The notes: generated from the letters alone by a model not told the origin. A DNA stretch of 64,000 nucleotides from an uncultured Acidobacteriota bacterium (GCA_963805975.1 CAWDVR010000002.1:1024001-1088000); one strand, 5' to 3'; positions 8,992 to 19,981 are shown, numbered from the stretch's first letter. Program-made: numbers and translations.

Positions 8992-9663
8992 CTATTCCTC
9001 CTCGATCGGTTGAAAGTGAACGGTGAGCGGCTGTCGCTGGTTCCCGGCCGCGACGGCGAGCGTGCGGCCCTTGGCGTGGACGGTGAGCGGGCTCGGGCCC
9101 GCGGGCACGGCCGCGAAGTGGAAGCGGCCGTCGAGATCCGTGCGGGTGGCCTTGCCGCCGGCCGCGAGCTCGACCCTGGCGCCGGCGATCGGCACGCCGC
9201 CAGGCCCCAGCACCTGGCCCGAGAGCGAGGAGATCGGCTCGACGGAGATCTCGAGCGGCAGGCGAACCAGCGGCGCCAGCTTGAGCGGCCGCTCGCGGCG
9301 CGCCGGCAGCTTGAGCAGGAACGACGGCCGCGGCCGGGCCCCGAGCGCCCGCCACAGCTCGAGCGGCGGCGGCTCGAGCTCCACCTCGAGCCCCGGCGTC
9401 TCGAGCGCCGCGAAGGCGAGGTCGGCCAGCAGGCGGTGGGCCGAGGCCGGCTCGTCGCCCCAGGTGGAGACCAGGTATCGCAACAGGAGCTGAGAGAGCG
9501 GGCGGGCGGGATCGCGCGGCGGCGGGACCGGCGCGAGGTCCAGCAGATAGACGCTGACGCCGGCACCGGCCGCGTCGTCCGCGGGCGGCGCGAAGCTGAC
9601 CTCGACCTTGCCGGCGACGTTGCCGGCCCACTCGGCCAGGCGGGCATCGATCTGCTCGATCAC
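8992..9663 (-). CDS. Pvc16/DUF4255-like tail terminator with carboxypeptidase-regulatory-like C-terminal domain
   Basis: First gene of the operon; VSVYLLDL, LRYLVSTW and LWRALGARPRPSF motifs; C-terminal GQVLGPGGVPIAGARV...TDLDGRF. Confidence 0.75.
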   Translation of the reverse strand: MIEQIDARLAEWAGNVAGKVEVSFAPPADDAAGAGVSVYLLDLAPVPPPRDPARPLSQLLLRYLVSTWGDEPASAHRLLADLAFAALETPGLEVELEPPPLELWRALGARPRPSFLLKLPARRERPLKLAPLVRLPLEISVEPISSLSGQVLGPGGVPIAGARVELAAGGKATRTDLDGRFHFAAVPAGPSPLTVHAKGRTLAVAAGNQRQPLTVHFQPIEEE

Positions 9664-9813
9664 GGCGACACCTGCGCCGCGCCCGAACGCGGATCTTTCT
9701 TGCTCATGGGTGGCTTAGGCCCGGCCGGCCGGCCGGCGTTACCGCCGCGCGGTCAAACAACGAGCGCGCGTCCTCCGTATCCCTAGCGGGACGTCTCAGT
9801 GGAGGGCTGGAAC

Positions 9814-10374
9814 ATGATGCGAAAGATCGGCTGGACCGCCGTCGGGGCCGCGCTCGTACTCTGGCTCGCGCTCTCGGAAGCCGGCCGCGCCGTCACCGGC
9901 GAGGTGCAGGAGGTCTTCGTGCGCAACTTCCCCGAGCTGCAGGAGATCAAGGGCACCGTGAGCGTCGAGGGCCCCATCCGGCACTCCTCCTTCGAGCGCC
10001 GCGAGGGCGTCATCGTGCCGCCGGCCCGCCGCGGCGAGGTCGCCAACCTGACCTCCGCCGGGGTGATCGACACCGCCGGCTTCACCGGCGCGGTGCTCTC
10101 CCTCGAAGGCGAGGTGCGCGACAACCTCTTCGACTCCGGGCTGGTCGGCGCCCTGCTGATCCCGGACGAAGGGCCGGTGCTCCACGCCTTCCGCGAGGAC
10201 AGCCGCATCGAGTTCCCGCTCGAGGCCGCCGCCCAGGTCGATCCCCAGAAGGGCTCGCGCTTCAGCTCCGAGCCCACCGTCCGCCCCATCGCCTTCCCCC
10301 GCTACCGCGTCTTCCTCTACAACGGCAGCAACAAGAGCGTGGAGACGAACCTGTACGTGTATCTGACGAACTGA
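9814..10374 (+). CDS. Hypothetical secreted protein
   Basis: GGAGG RBS, signal-peptide-like N-terminus, host-like codon usage, beta-rich mature part. Confidence 0.75.
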   Translation: MMRKIGWTAVGAALVLWLALSEAGRAVTGEVQEVFVRNFPELQEIKGTVSVEGPIRHSSFERREGVIVPPARRGEVANLTSAGVIDTAGFTGAVLSLEGEVRDNLFDSGLVGALLIPDEGPVLHAFREDSRIEFPLEAAAQVDPQKGSRFSSEPTVRPIAFPRYRVFLYNGSNKSVETNLYVYLTN

Positions 10375-10405
10375 GGGGGCCCGGGCGCGGTAGAATTCTG
10401 AGCGC

Positions 10406-10603
10406 ATGCCCCGGAAGGTGCGCGACCTGATTCGAGACCTTCGGGCTGCGGGCTTCGTCGACCGGGGCGGCAAGGGGAGTCACCGGAACTTCGTTCATCC
10501 CAAGGTTTTGCGACCTGTGACCATCTCCGGCAAGAGCGGCGACGACGCGCGGCACTATCAGGAACGAGCCGTGGGGGCCGCCATCGAGGAGTCGAAGCAG
10601 TGA
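10406..10603 (+). CDS. hicA: HicA-family toxin
   Basis: 65 aa with GF..RGGKGSHRNFVHP; TAGAAT -10-like hexamer at 10391-10396. Confidence 0.88.
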   Translation: MPRKVRDLIRDLRAAGFVDRGGKGSHRNFVHPKVLRPVTISGKSGDDARHYQERAVGAAIEESKQ

Positions 10604-10839
10604 GAGACAGTGCGCGCTACGTGAAGATCGTCGAGTGGTCCAACGAGGACCAGTGCTACGTGGGAAGCTGTCCCGGCCTGCTTTACGGCGGTTGCCACGG
10701 TTCCGACGAGCAGGCGGTGTTCGCCGAGCTGTTGGAAATCGTGGAGGAAACGCTCGAGCTCTATCGTCGGGACGGTAAGTCCCTTCCTCCTCCGACCGCC
10801 GGCCGCGACTACGCCAACAGAATGCTCCAGGTGGCATAA
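10600..10839 (+). CDS. hicB: HicB-family antitoxin (short, no DNA-binding domain)
   Basis: IVEWSNEDQCYVGSCPGL..GGCHG...DGKSLPPP; GTGA overlap with hicA. Confidence 0.82.
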   Translation: MRDSARYVKIVEWSNEDQCYVGSCPGLLYGGCHGSDEQAVFAELLEIVEETLELYRRDGKSLPPPTAGRDYANRMLQVA

Positions 10840-10938
10840 GCCAGACTAGAACCGGATTTCGCTTCCTTTAGGCTTCCACCGCCAGAGGACGCGGCTATTT
10901 GGCTGTGGGCTGCGCGACCGGGACGGCTGCCGAACTCC

Positions 10939-11757
10939 ATGCTTCACGCCGAAGTCAACGGCATCCGCCTCTGGTACGAGACCGCCGGCACGGGCGGCAC
11001 GCCCGTGGTGCTGGTGATGGGGCTCGGGTTTCCCGGCACCGCGTGGCGGCCGCAGGTGGCGGTGCTCGCCGAGCACCATCGCGTGGTGTTCTTCGACCAC
11101 CGTGGCATCGGCCGCTCCGGGCCGGCGCGTGGCATCCATCGCATGGAGACCCTGGCCGCCGACACGCTCGGCCTGATGGATCACCTCGGTTGGGAAAGGG
11201 CCCACCTCGCCGGCATCTCGATGGGCGGGCTGGTGGCGCTCGAGGCGGCGCTCACGGCTCGCGATCGGTTGCAGAGCCTCAGCCTGATCTCGAGCTACGC
11301 CGGCGGCGGCCTCAACTGGTTCCCCTGCCGGCAAGCGTGGCGCTGGATACCGCAGACGGTGCTGACTCGCGGCCGGCGGCGCATGGAGGCGCTCCAGAAC
11401 CAGCTCTTCTCCCGCGAGTACCTGGCGGGAGTCGATCGCGAGGTGCTCAGCCGCGAGATGGCCAAGAGCCTCGCGGCGATCGCTCCCCTCTCGACCCTCC
11501 TCGGCCAGATGGGCGGCCTGCTCCTCTACGACGCCCGCCCCAGGCTCTCCATGCTCCAAGACCTGCCGACGCTCATCGTCCAGGCCGGCCGCGACGTGAT
11601 GATCCCCTGCCGCAAGGGCGAAGAGCTGAAACGCCTGCTGCCCTGCGCGAGGCTCGTCACCTTCCCCGGCGCGGGGCATGGCGTAACGCTGGAAAAGACG
11701 GACGAGGTCAACCGGCTGCTTCTGGAGCACTTCCGGGAGGCGGAGACGCGGAAGTAG
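10939..11757 (+). CDS. Alpha/beta hydrolase
   Basis: FDHRGIGRS, GISMGG nucleophile elbow, GRD and GAGH. Confidence 0.9.
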   Translation: MLHAEVNGIRLWYETAGTGGTPVVLVMGLGFPGTAWRPQVAVLAEHHRVVFFDHRGIGRSGPARGIHRMETLAADTLGLMDHLGWERAHLAGISMGGLVALEAALTARDRLQSLSLISSYAGGGLNWFPCRQAWRWIPQTVLTRGRRRMEALQNQLFSREYLAGVDREVLSREMAKSLAAIAPLSTLLGQMGGLLLYDARPRLSMLQDLPTLIVQAGRDVMIPCRKGEELKRLLPCARLVTFPGAGHGVTLEKTDEVNRLLLEHFREAETRK

Positions 11758-11774
11758 GCGGCTACGTCGTGGCT

Positions 11775-14700
11775 CTACCCTCCGCTCTGGGCCGCCGCGG
11801 GCTTCGCGCTGAAGATCCAGCCCACTCGCGCCTTGAGCCCCTGCTGCACGTCGTCCAGCACCGCGTAGGCCACGGGCACGACGAGCAGGGTGAAGAAGGT
11901 GGCGGAGGACATGCCGCCGGTCAGGGTCAGGCCGAAGCTCCGGTAGGAGAGGCCGATCGAGCTGGCGCTGGCCCAGATCAGGGGCAGGGTGCCGAAGATG
12001 GTGGTGAGCGCCGTCATCATGATGGGCCGGAAGCGGTCGCGGGTGGCCTTGAGGATCGCTTCCGTGCGACTCCCAACCCTCCCGGCGCAGGCGGTTGACG
12101 TAGTCGATGAGCACGATGCCGTTGTTCACCACCACGCCGATCAAGAGCACCACCCCCACGAAGCCCAGCATGTCGATCGGCTTGCCCGCCGCGAGGTGGA
12201 GGCCCACGACGCCGATGAAGGCGAGCGGCAGCGTGACGAGGATCGAGAGCGGCAGCACGAGGCTCTCGAAGAGGAAGGCCATCAGTAGGTAGATGAAGAC
12301 GATCGACAGCAGGGCGGCGTAGGTGATGGCCTTGGCGTCCCGCGCCTCGGCCTGCTCGCGCGGGTTCTCCGTCTCGCCCTCGGTCCAGGTGACGCCTTCG
12401 GGCAGGTCCATGCGGCGGGCGAAGGCCCGCACCCGCTCGCGGGCGGCATCCTCCTCGCCCTCCGCGAGCTCCAGCGTCACGATGCGGGCCATTCGTTTGT
12501 TTCGGCGCTCGATGCGCTTGGCGCCGGGTACGATCTCGACGTCCGTCACCGAGGAGAGCGCGACCAGCGCGCCGCTCTCGCTCGGCACGTCGAAGTCCGC
12601 GAGCTGGGCCAGGCCCTCGCGGTCCTCCTCCGCGAAGCGCACGCGCACCGGGATGTCGCGGCCGTCCTGGTAGAAGCGCGGCAGGGCCTGGCCGCGCAGC
12701 GCATAGCCCACCACGCCGGCGATCGCCGTCGGGTTGATGCGCGCCCGCTCCGCGCGGTCGCGATCGACCACCAGGGCGAGCTCGTTTCTCGGCCGCTCGG
12801 CCGCGCGCTGGACCGCCACCACCCCGGGCACGCTCGCGAGGAGATCCTCGAGCTCGGTCCCCACCCGCTCGAGCGCGGCGGCGTCCTCGCCGTAGAGGGT
12901 GATGAGCGCCGTCGCGTCCTTCTCTTTCTCGTCTTCGTCGCCGCCGCTCGCGTAGAGCCGCACGCCCGGCTTCTCCGGCAGCAGGTCGAGGAGCTTCTCG
13001 GTGACCTGGCGCGGCGAGTACTTCGGCCTTCCGCCCTGCGGCGCCCAGCCCTGGATCTCGCCCCAGGTCTTGGTGTGGAAGAAGAAGTAGCCCTCGAGGC
13101 CGAGCTCCCCCTGGATGCGGGCCATCACCTGCTCGACGCTGCCGAAGTACTGCTCCGCGTCCTCCAGGGTGTAGCTCTGCGGCATCTCGACGTTGACCTC
13201 GAAAGTGCTGCGCTCGTCCTGATCCTGGAGCGCGACCTCGACGGTCTCGGTGGCGAGGAGGGCGATCGCACCGCCCAGCACCAGGAGCACGGCCACCCCG
13301 AGATCCACCCACCGCCGCCCGTGGAGGAAAAAGGCGAGCCAGCGCTCGTAGAGCCGCGCCAGACGGCCGAGCGTGGCGTCGTAGAGGCGCGAGAAGGTGG
13401 CCTCCATCCCCCGGTGGAGGCGCGTCCCGAGCGCCCGGTCCTCGTCCTCGACCCGCTCGGGCAGCGTCAGGTAGACGGCGAGCGGCACCACCACCAGGGC
13501 GACCAGCAGCGAGGCGAGGAGCGACACGGAGATGGGGATCGAGAGGCGCAGCAGGAAGAACTGCATCTCGCCCTCGACCAGCGACACGGGCAGGAAGACG
13601 GTGACCGAGGTCAGCGTGGCGAGAGTGATGGCGAGCGAGATCTCGCCCGCGCCGCGGATCGCCGCCTCGCGCCGCGAGAGGCCGGAGCGGTAGAAGCGGT
13701 AGATGTTCTCCGCCACCACGATCGAGTTGTCGACCAGCATGCCGACGCAGATCATCAGCCCCAGGAGCGACAGGATGTTGAAGGTCTCGCCCGCGAAGTA
13801 CATGACGGCGAGCGCCATGAAGAGCGAGATCGGGATCGAGAGCGTGATGATGATCGTCATCCGCGTGCGGCGCAGGAAGAAGAAGATCACCGCCACCGCC
13901 AGCCAGGCGCCTACCTTGCCGCTCTCGATCACCGTGTCGAGCGATTCCTTGATGACGCTGCCCTGGTCGAAGACCACCCGCAGGTCGACGCCGGAGAGGC
14001 GGGGGTTGGCCTCCAGCCGCGTGATCTCGGCATGGATCGCCTCGGAAACCGCCACGGAGTTGGCGTCCCCCTCCTTCAGCACCTCGATGAAGATCGACGG
14101 TCGGCCGTTGACCCGCGCCCGGTAGGTCTTCTCCGGCTCCTCGTACTTGACCTGGGCGATGTCTTTGAGGCGCACCGCGGGCGCCACCAGGCGGTTGGCG
14201 AGCGCCTCCACGCTGTCGTAGCGGGCCACGGAGCGCAGCAGGAGCTTCCGGTCGGCGGTGAGCACGCTGCCCGAGGCGAGCGAGAAGTTGTCGTTCGCCA
14301 GCCGCTCCGCGAGCTGGTAGATGTTGAGCCCGCTACCCTCGGTCGCGGCGCGGTCGAGCTCGATCAGGATCTCTTTCTCCTCGAGGCCGTGGGCGGTGAC
14401 CGAGGCGATGCCGTCGATGCGCTCGAGGCGCAGCAGAACCTCGTTCTGCAGCAGGTCGTAGGGATCGGCGAGGCCGGGATCGACGGTCGCCACGATGAAC
14501 GCGATGGGGAAGCCCGAGGTGTCCTCTTTGCGGATGAAGATGCGGTCGGCGTCCTCGGGCAGCCGGCCGCGGGCGCGCTCGATCCGGTCCCGCACCTCGC
14601 GGTAGGCCACCTTCATGTCCGTGCCCTGCTTGAAGAACAGGCGGCAGCTCCCGCGCCCGGTCGAGGCGAAGGAGTTGATGCGGTCGAGGCCGCGCACCGT

Positions 14701-14976
14701 CGCCAGCTCCTCTTCGAGCGGCAGCACCACCTTCTGCATCACCTCTTCCGCCGGCGCGTCGCGCCACGGCACGTCGACGCCGAGCGAGGGGCTGGTATAT
14801 CCCCGCGGGAACATCTCGAGCGGGATGCCGATCGTGGCCACCAGGCCGACCACCAGCACGGTCGCGGCCAGCATCAGCACGGTGATGCGCCGCTCGAGCG
14901 AGAAGCGCGGCAGGAAGAGCTCCGCCGCAGTGAGCGAGGGAAGCCTCGCGGGCTCGGGGACAGGGCCTTCGCTCAC
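11775..14976 (-). CDS. RND efflux transporter, AcrB/MdtC-like (frameshift near 12073)
   Basis: GMLVDNSIVVAENI and GVVVNNGIVLID. Removing one G in TGGGAG restores RTEAILKATRDRFRPIMMTALTT. Confidence 0.9.
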
Positions 14977-17900
14977 CGGGCCGGCTCCCGGACGGCGGCG
15001 GCGATCTCCGCCGGCGGCGGGCCGGCCGGGCCGGGCTCGAGGCTCGTCCGCCGGCCCAGCACCCGGGCCTTGGCACGCTCGACCAGGGCGTAGAGCGAGG
15101 GGATGATGAGCAGCGTCAGGGCGGTCGAGGAGACCATGCCGCTGATCACCGCGATCGCCATCGGTCGCCGGATCTCGGCGCCGTCGCCCAGCCCGAGCGC
15201 CATCGGCACCAGGCCGAGCACGGTGGTGAGCGTGGTCATCAGGATCGGCCGGAAGCGCACCGTGCCGGCGGTGACGATCGCCTCTTCGAGCGCGTAGCCG
15301 CGCTGGCGGAGCACGTTGATGTAGTCGACGAGCACGATGGCGTTGTCGACCACGATGCCGACCAGGAGGATCGCGCCCAGGAAGACGACGATCGACACCG
15401 AGAGCCCGAGGACCTGGAGCGTGAGCACGGTGCCGAAGAGCGCCAGCGGGATGGTGAACAGGATCACCAGCGGCTGGAGCAGGGACTCGAACTGCGCCGC
15501 CATGATGACGTAGACCAGGAAGATCGAGAGCGCCAGCGCCAGGATCAGGCTGCCGCGGCTCCTCTCCCACTCCTCGTTCTGGCCGGCGATCAGGAAGGTC
15601 ATGTCCGCCGGCCAGTCGATGCGCTGCGACACCTCCCGCTCGATCGCCGCGACGGCGCCGCCCAGCGAGCCGCCCGGCCCCAGCCCGTGCGAGAGGTTGG
15701 CTCCCACCACCGCGACCCGCCGGCCGTCGATGCGCCGCACCTCGCTCGGCCCCTCGGCGAGCTTCACCTCGGCCACGGCGGAGAGCGGGATCGGCCGTTC
15801 GGCACCGGGGTTGACGATCAGGTCTTCCACGTCGGCCACGGTCTCGCGGTCAGCCTCGCCCAGGCGCACCACCACCGGGATGCGGCGGTCCTTGAGATTG
15901 AAGCGGGTGGCCTCGGTACCCTTGACCTGGTTGCGAATCTCGAGCGCCACCTGCCGGATGTTCAAGCCGTAACGGGCCAGGAGATCGCGGTCGTAGACGA
16001 TCTCGACCTCCGGGGCGCCGGTCTTCAACGTGGACTCGACGTCCGCCAGCTCGGGGAGGCCCGCCATCACCTCCCGCACCTCGTCGGTGGTGCGCTTGAG
16101 GCGCGCGAGATCGTCGCCATAGATCTCGACCTCGATCGGCGTCTTGAAGGAGAAGAGCACCGGCCGCACCACCCGCACCGAGGCGTCCGGCACGGCCGCC
16201 AGCCGCCGCCGCACGCGCTCGACCACGGCCTGCTCGACCTGTGGCTCCGAGGAGTCGAGCAGCAGCTTGAAGCGCGCCGTGTGCTCGCCCTCGTCCGAGG
16301 TGCGCGAGGTCTCGGGATCGAAGCCCACGGTCAGGATCAGGGCGCGGATGTGCTGGCGCTCGGCGAGGATCGCCCGCTCGACCGGCGCCAGCGCGGCCTC
16401 GGTCTCCGCGAGCGGCGTGCCCACGGGCAGCGCCACCTCGAAGGTCAGCTCGCCCTGGTGGACCTCGGGGAGGAGCTCGCTGTCGAGCCCGGAGCCGATC
16501 GCGATCGACAGCGCGAACATCACCACCACCACGCCGGCCATCGCAGCCGGGTGCCCGACCGCCCAGCGCACGGAGCGCTCGTAGCCCTCCCGCAGGCGCG
16601 CCATCCCGGCTCGCTCCGCGCCGGCGGCGCTCTCCCCCGGCGTGCGCAGCGCCGCCACCCGCCGGCCCACCGCCAGTGCGGCGGCGCGCGCCAACCCGTA
16701 CGCCCCGCGCGCCAGCCACAGCAGGCCGAGCACCAGCGCCAGCGCGAGCTTGGCGAGGACCTCCAGCACCAGGCCGAGCACCAGCCGCAGGGCGAGATAG
16801 AGGCCGGCGAACGGCACGGCCAGGAGGCGTAGGGGCGCGAGACGCCGCCCGCCTCCCGCGCCGGCGGGTTTCACCCAGCGGCCGAGCCCTGCCATGTCCT
16901 GGCGCAGGGCCGCGACGCTGCCGAGCCGAAAGAGCGAGCGCCGCGCCAGCACCGGGCCCGGTCGCGCGCCGCCCGCCGGCAGCTCGAGGCCGCGGCGGCT
17001 CGCCAGCATGGGCACCAGGTAGATCGCCACCACCATCGAGGCCAGCAGCGACACGGTGACGGCCAGACCGAGGTCACCGAACGCCTGACCGGCGATGCCC
17101 TCGACGAAGACCATGGGGAAGAACACCGCGATGGTGGTCAGCACCGTCGAGATCACCGCGGCGCGCACCTCGCGGATGCCCCGCTCGGCCGCCGCCACCA
17201 CGTCGTCGCCCTCTTCACGGCAGCGGAAGATCGACTCGATGACCACGATCGAAGCGTCCACCAGCATGCCGACGCCGAGCGCCAGGCCGCCCAGCGACAT
17301 GATGTTGAGGCTGGTGCCGGCGAGCTGCAGCGGCGCGAAGCTGATCAGCAGCGAGACCGGGATCGACACCGCGACGATCAGCGTCGTCCAGGCGTTGCGG
17401 AGGAAGAGGATCAGCACCAGGACCGCGAGGATGGCGCCCTCGATCGCCGAGCTCTTGACCTCGTCGATCGAGCTCTCGATGAAAAGCGAGCGGTCCGCCA
17501 CCACCGCCAGCGTGGCACCTTCGCTGCGGTAGAGCTCGGTGGCGAGGCCGGCCGGCTCCTCGCCACCGGGACCGGAACCGCCCGGCCCCCATCCCCGCTT
17601 CGGGGCCGGGGCCGTGCCGGTATCGCGCGCCGCCTCGGCCGCCGGGTCGAGCTTGCCCAGCCGCTCCTTCACCCGCGACGCCAGGTCGACGATGTTGGCG
17701 TCCGCTTCCTTGAAGACGTCGACCTGCACGGAGACGCCGCCTTCCGTGCGGGTGAGCATCTGCTGCTCCTCGTGCGACCACGAGACTTGGGCGAGGTCGC
17801 GCAGCCGTACTTCCCGGCCGCCGGTGCTCGCCACCACGGTGTCGCGGATCTCTCCCAGGTCCATGTACTCGTTGAGCGTGCGCACCATGTACTCGGTGCG

Positions 17901-18596
17901 CCCTTCCTTGATCGTGCCGCCGGCGACGTTGACGTTCTCCTGCGCCAGCCGCGTGGCCACGGTCTCGACCGCGAGGCCGCTCCTGCGCAGCTTGTCCTCG
18001 TCGATCGCCACCAGGATCTCTTCCTCGAGGCCGCCGCGCACCCGTACCGCCGCCACTCCCTTGATCGGCTCGAGAGCGCGCTTCACCTCGCGATCGGCGA
18101 GGCGGCGCAGGCGCCGCAGGCCCTCCTCGCCCGCGAAACGGTCGCCGCTGCCGGCGAGCGACAGCTCCATCACCGGGTCGAGCGAGGGGTCGTAGCGCAG
18201 GATCAGCGGCCGCTCGGCCTCGTCGGGGAGAAAGACCAGGTCGAGCTTCTCGAGCGTGTCCTGCGCCGCCTCGGACATGTCCGTGTCCCAGGCCAGCTCG
18301 AGCACCACGTCCGAGACCCCGGCGCGGCTCACGCTCGAGATGCGGGAGAGGCCGCCGATCACCCCCAGGGCCTCTTCGAGCGGCCGGCTGATGTCGTTCT
18401 CGACCTCCTCGGGCGCGGCGCCGGGGTACTCCGTGCGGACGGTGAGCGTGGGGTAGGACAGCTCCGGCATCAGCGCCACCGGGAGCTGCTGCAGCGAGAA
18501 CCAGCCGAAGACGACGGTGGCGACGGTCACCACCAGCACCGCTACCGGCCGGCCGGTGACGAAGCTCGCGGGGCGGGGCGGCGCCGCCTCAGGCAC
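14973..18596 (-). CDS. RND efflux transporter, AcrB/MdtB-like
   Basis: YPGAAPEEVE, GMLVDASIVVIESI, GIVVDNAIVLVD, RFRPILMTTLTT. Confidence 0.93.
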   Translation of the reverse strand: MPEAAPPRPASFVTGRPVAVLVVTVATVVFGWFSLQQLPVALMPELSYPTLTVRTEYPGAAPEEVENDISRPLEEALGVIGGLSRISSVSRAGVSDVVLELAWDTDMSEAAQDTLEKLDLVFLPDEAERPLILRYDPSLDPVMELSLAGSGDRFAGEEGLRRLRRLADREVKRALEPIKGVAAVRVRGGLEEEILVAIDEDKLRRSGLAVETVATRLAQENVNVAGGTIKEGRTEYMVRTLNEYMDLGEIRDTVVASTGGREVRLRDLAQVSWSHEEQQMLTRTEGGVSVQVDVFKEADANIVDLASRVKERLGKLDPAAEAARDTGTAPAPKRGWGPGGSGPGGEEPAGLATELYRSEGATLAVVADRSLFIESSIDEVKSSAIEGAILAVLVLILFLRNAWTTLIVAVSIPVSLLISFAPLQLAGTSLNIMSLGGLALGVGMLVDASIVVIESIFRCREEGDDVVAAAERGIREVRAAVISTVLTTIAVFFPMVFVEGIAGQAFGDLGLAVTVSLLASMVVAIYLVPMLASRRGLELPAGGARPGPVLARRSLFRLGSVAALRQDMAGLGRWVKPAGAGGGRRLAPLRLLAVPFAGLYLALRLVLGLVLEVLAKLALALVLGLLWLARGAYGLARAAALAVGRRVAALRTPGESAAGAERAGMARLREGYERSVRWAVGHPAAMAGVVVVMFALSIAIGSGLDSELLPEVHQGELTFEVALPVGTPLAETEAALAPVERAILAERQHIRALILTVGFDPETSRTSDEGEHTARFKLLLDSSEPQVEQAVVERVRRRLAAVPDASVRVVRPVLFSFKTPIEVEIYGDDLARLKRTTDEVREVMAGLPELADVESTLKTGAPEVEIVYDRDLLARYGLNIRQVALEIRNQVKGTEATRFNLKDRRIPVVVRLGEADRETVADVEDLIVNPGAERPIPLSAVAEVKLAEGPSEVRRIDGRRVAVVGANLSHGLGPGGSLGGAVAAIEREVSQRIDWPADMTFLIAGQNEEWERSRGSLILALALSIFLVYVIMAAQFESLLQPLVILFTIPLALFGTVLTLQVLGLSVSIVVFLGAILLVGIVVDNAIVLVDYINVLRQRGYALEEAIVTAGTVRFRPILMTTLTTVLGLVPMALGLGDGAEIRRPMAIAVISGMVSSTALTLLIIPSLYALVERAKARVLGRRTSLEPGPAGPPPAEIAAAVREPAR

Positions 18597-19697
18597 CGGC
18601 GCCTCGGGACTCGAGCACCCGCACCAGCGCGCCTTCCTTCAGGCCCGCCTGGCCGGCGGTGACCACCCGGTCGCCGGGGGAAAGGCCGGTGCCGGCGAGC
18701 CCGGGCGCCGGCTCCACGTGCTCCTTGTCCTCGAGCACCGGGCGCAGCAGCACGCGCTCGACGCGGCTCTCCTCGCCCAGCTTGTAGACGAAGACCTGAT
18801 CGTTGTCGTAGACCAGCGCCCGCTTGGGCACCAGCAGGGCGTCGCTGCGGGTGGCGGTGACCAGCTCCACGTCCACGAACATGCCGGGCTTCAGGCCCGC
18901 CGTGTCCGGCAGCGCCACCGTCACCTTCACCGTGCCGCTCTTGGGGTCGACGATCGGCGCCAGGCGCTCCACCCGCCCGCTGTAGACCGCCTCGCCCAGG
19001 GCCGCCGAGGAGAGGCGGGCGAGCTGGCCGTTCTTCAACCGCGGCAGCTCCTTTTCCGGCACGTAGACGCGGGCCACGATCGAGCCGAAGTCCACGATGT
19101 CGAACAGGTGCTGGTTGACCATCACGTGATCGCCCAGGCTCACCAGCCGCTCGGTCACGGTGCCGGAGATCGGCGCCCGCACCTCGGTGTAGGAGAGCTG
19201 GCGCACCCCCTCCTCCTGGGCGAGCTTCAACTGCTCCAGCTCGTAGGTCGCGTTGTTGAACGCCTGCTCGGAGATCATCTGGCCCTCGTAGAGGCGCTCT
19301 TGGCGCTCGTACTCGCGGGCCGCCCTGGCGAGCTGGCTCTCGGTCTTGGCGAGGGCGTTGCGCTGCTCCTCGTCCTGCAAGCGCAGGAGAAGCTGGCCCT
19401 TGCGCACGGCCTGGCCCTCCTCCACCATCAGGTCCCGTACCTGGCGCGCCGCCTGCGAGTAGACCGCCACCGACTCCTCGGCCTCGAGGTTGGTCGAGAA
19501 ACGCAGCACCGCTTCCATGGCGCCGCGCTCGAGGGCCGCCACCTCGACCGGCACCGCCTCCTCCACCTTCGGCTCGCCCGGCTTTCCGGCCTTACGTTCC
19601 TCGGCGTCGGTCGAGCCGGAGCAGCCGGAGCGACCAGGAGTAAGAGACCAGCCAGCGCGGCAAGCCCCCGAGCGATGTTTCTATGGACTCTGTTCAA
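18589..19697 (-). CDS. RND periplasmic adaptor (MFP) lipoprotein (frameshift near 19631)
   Basis: VEEGQAVRKGQLL, VRAPISGTV, LKPGMFV. TTG start at 19697 with GGGAG RBS; a lipobox LVASGC is restored by one base. Confidence 0.88.
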
Positions 19698-19795
19698 GGG
19701 TTTTCTCCCAGCAAGGACTTGCGATACTCCCACCCTACAGGAACGATGGCCTCGGGGACTTCTTACGTCCCGGGCAGGGGGCATGTTGCGTCGCG

Positions 19796-19981
19796 TCACC
19801 CCAGCCCGCGCACGAAGACCACCACCCCGGTCCCCAGGAGCACCAGCGCCACCAACGTCGCCGCCGCCGCCCACCAGCCTGCCTTCTCGCCTTGGACCTC
19901 GCGGGCCATCCAGTAGGCACAGCCGGCGGCCAGGGTGGTGAACAGCACGAAGAGGAAGACGGCGAAGACCGGGGATCTCAT
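19796..19981 (-). CDS. Small two-helix membrane protein
   Basis: MRSPVFAVFLFVLF...VVVFVRGLG*; ATGA overlap with the fadJ stop. Confidence 0.6.
   Translation of the reverse strand: MRSPVFAVFLFVLFTTLAAGCAYWMAREVQGEKAGWWAAAATLVALVLLGTGVVVFVRGLG

Noticed and set aside
1-9663. Prophage or type VI secretion system
   Set aside because: No capsid, terminase, integrase, TssJLM or ClpV; gene order and the single-gene sheath match eCIS.
10846-15570. 1574-aa giant RND protein
   Set aside because: Artefact of an upstream in-frame extension plus frameshift read-through; the real gene is 14976 to 11775.
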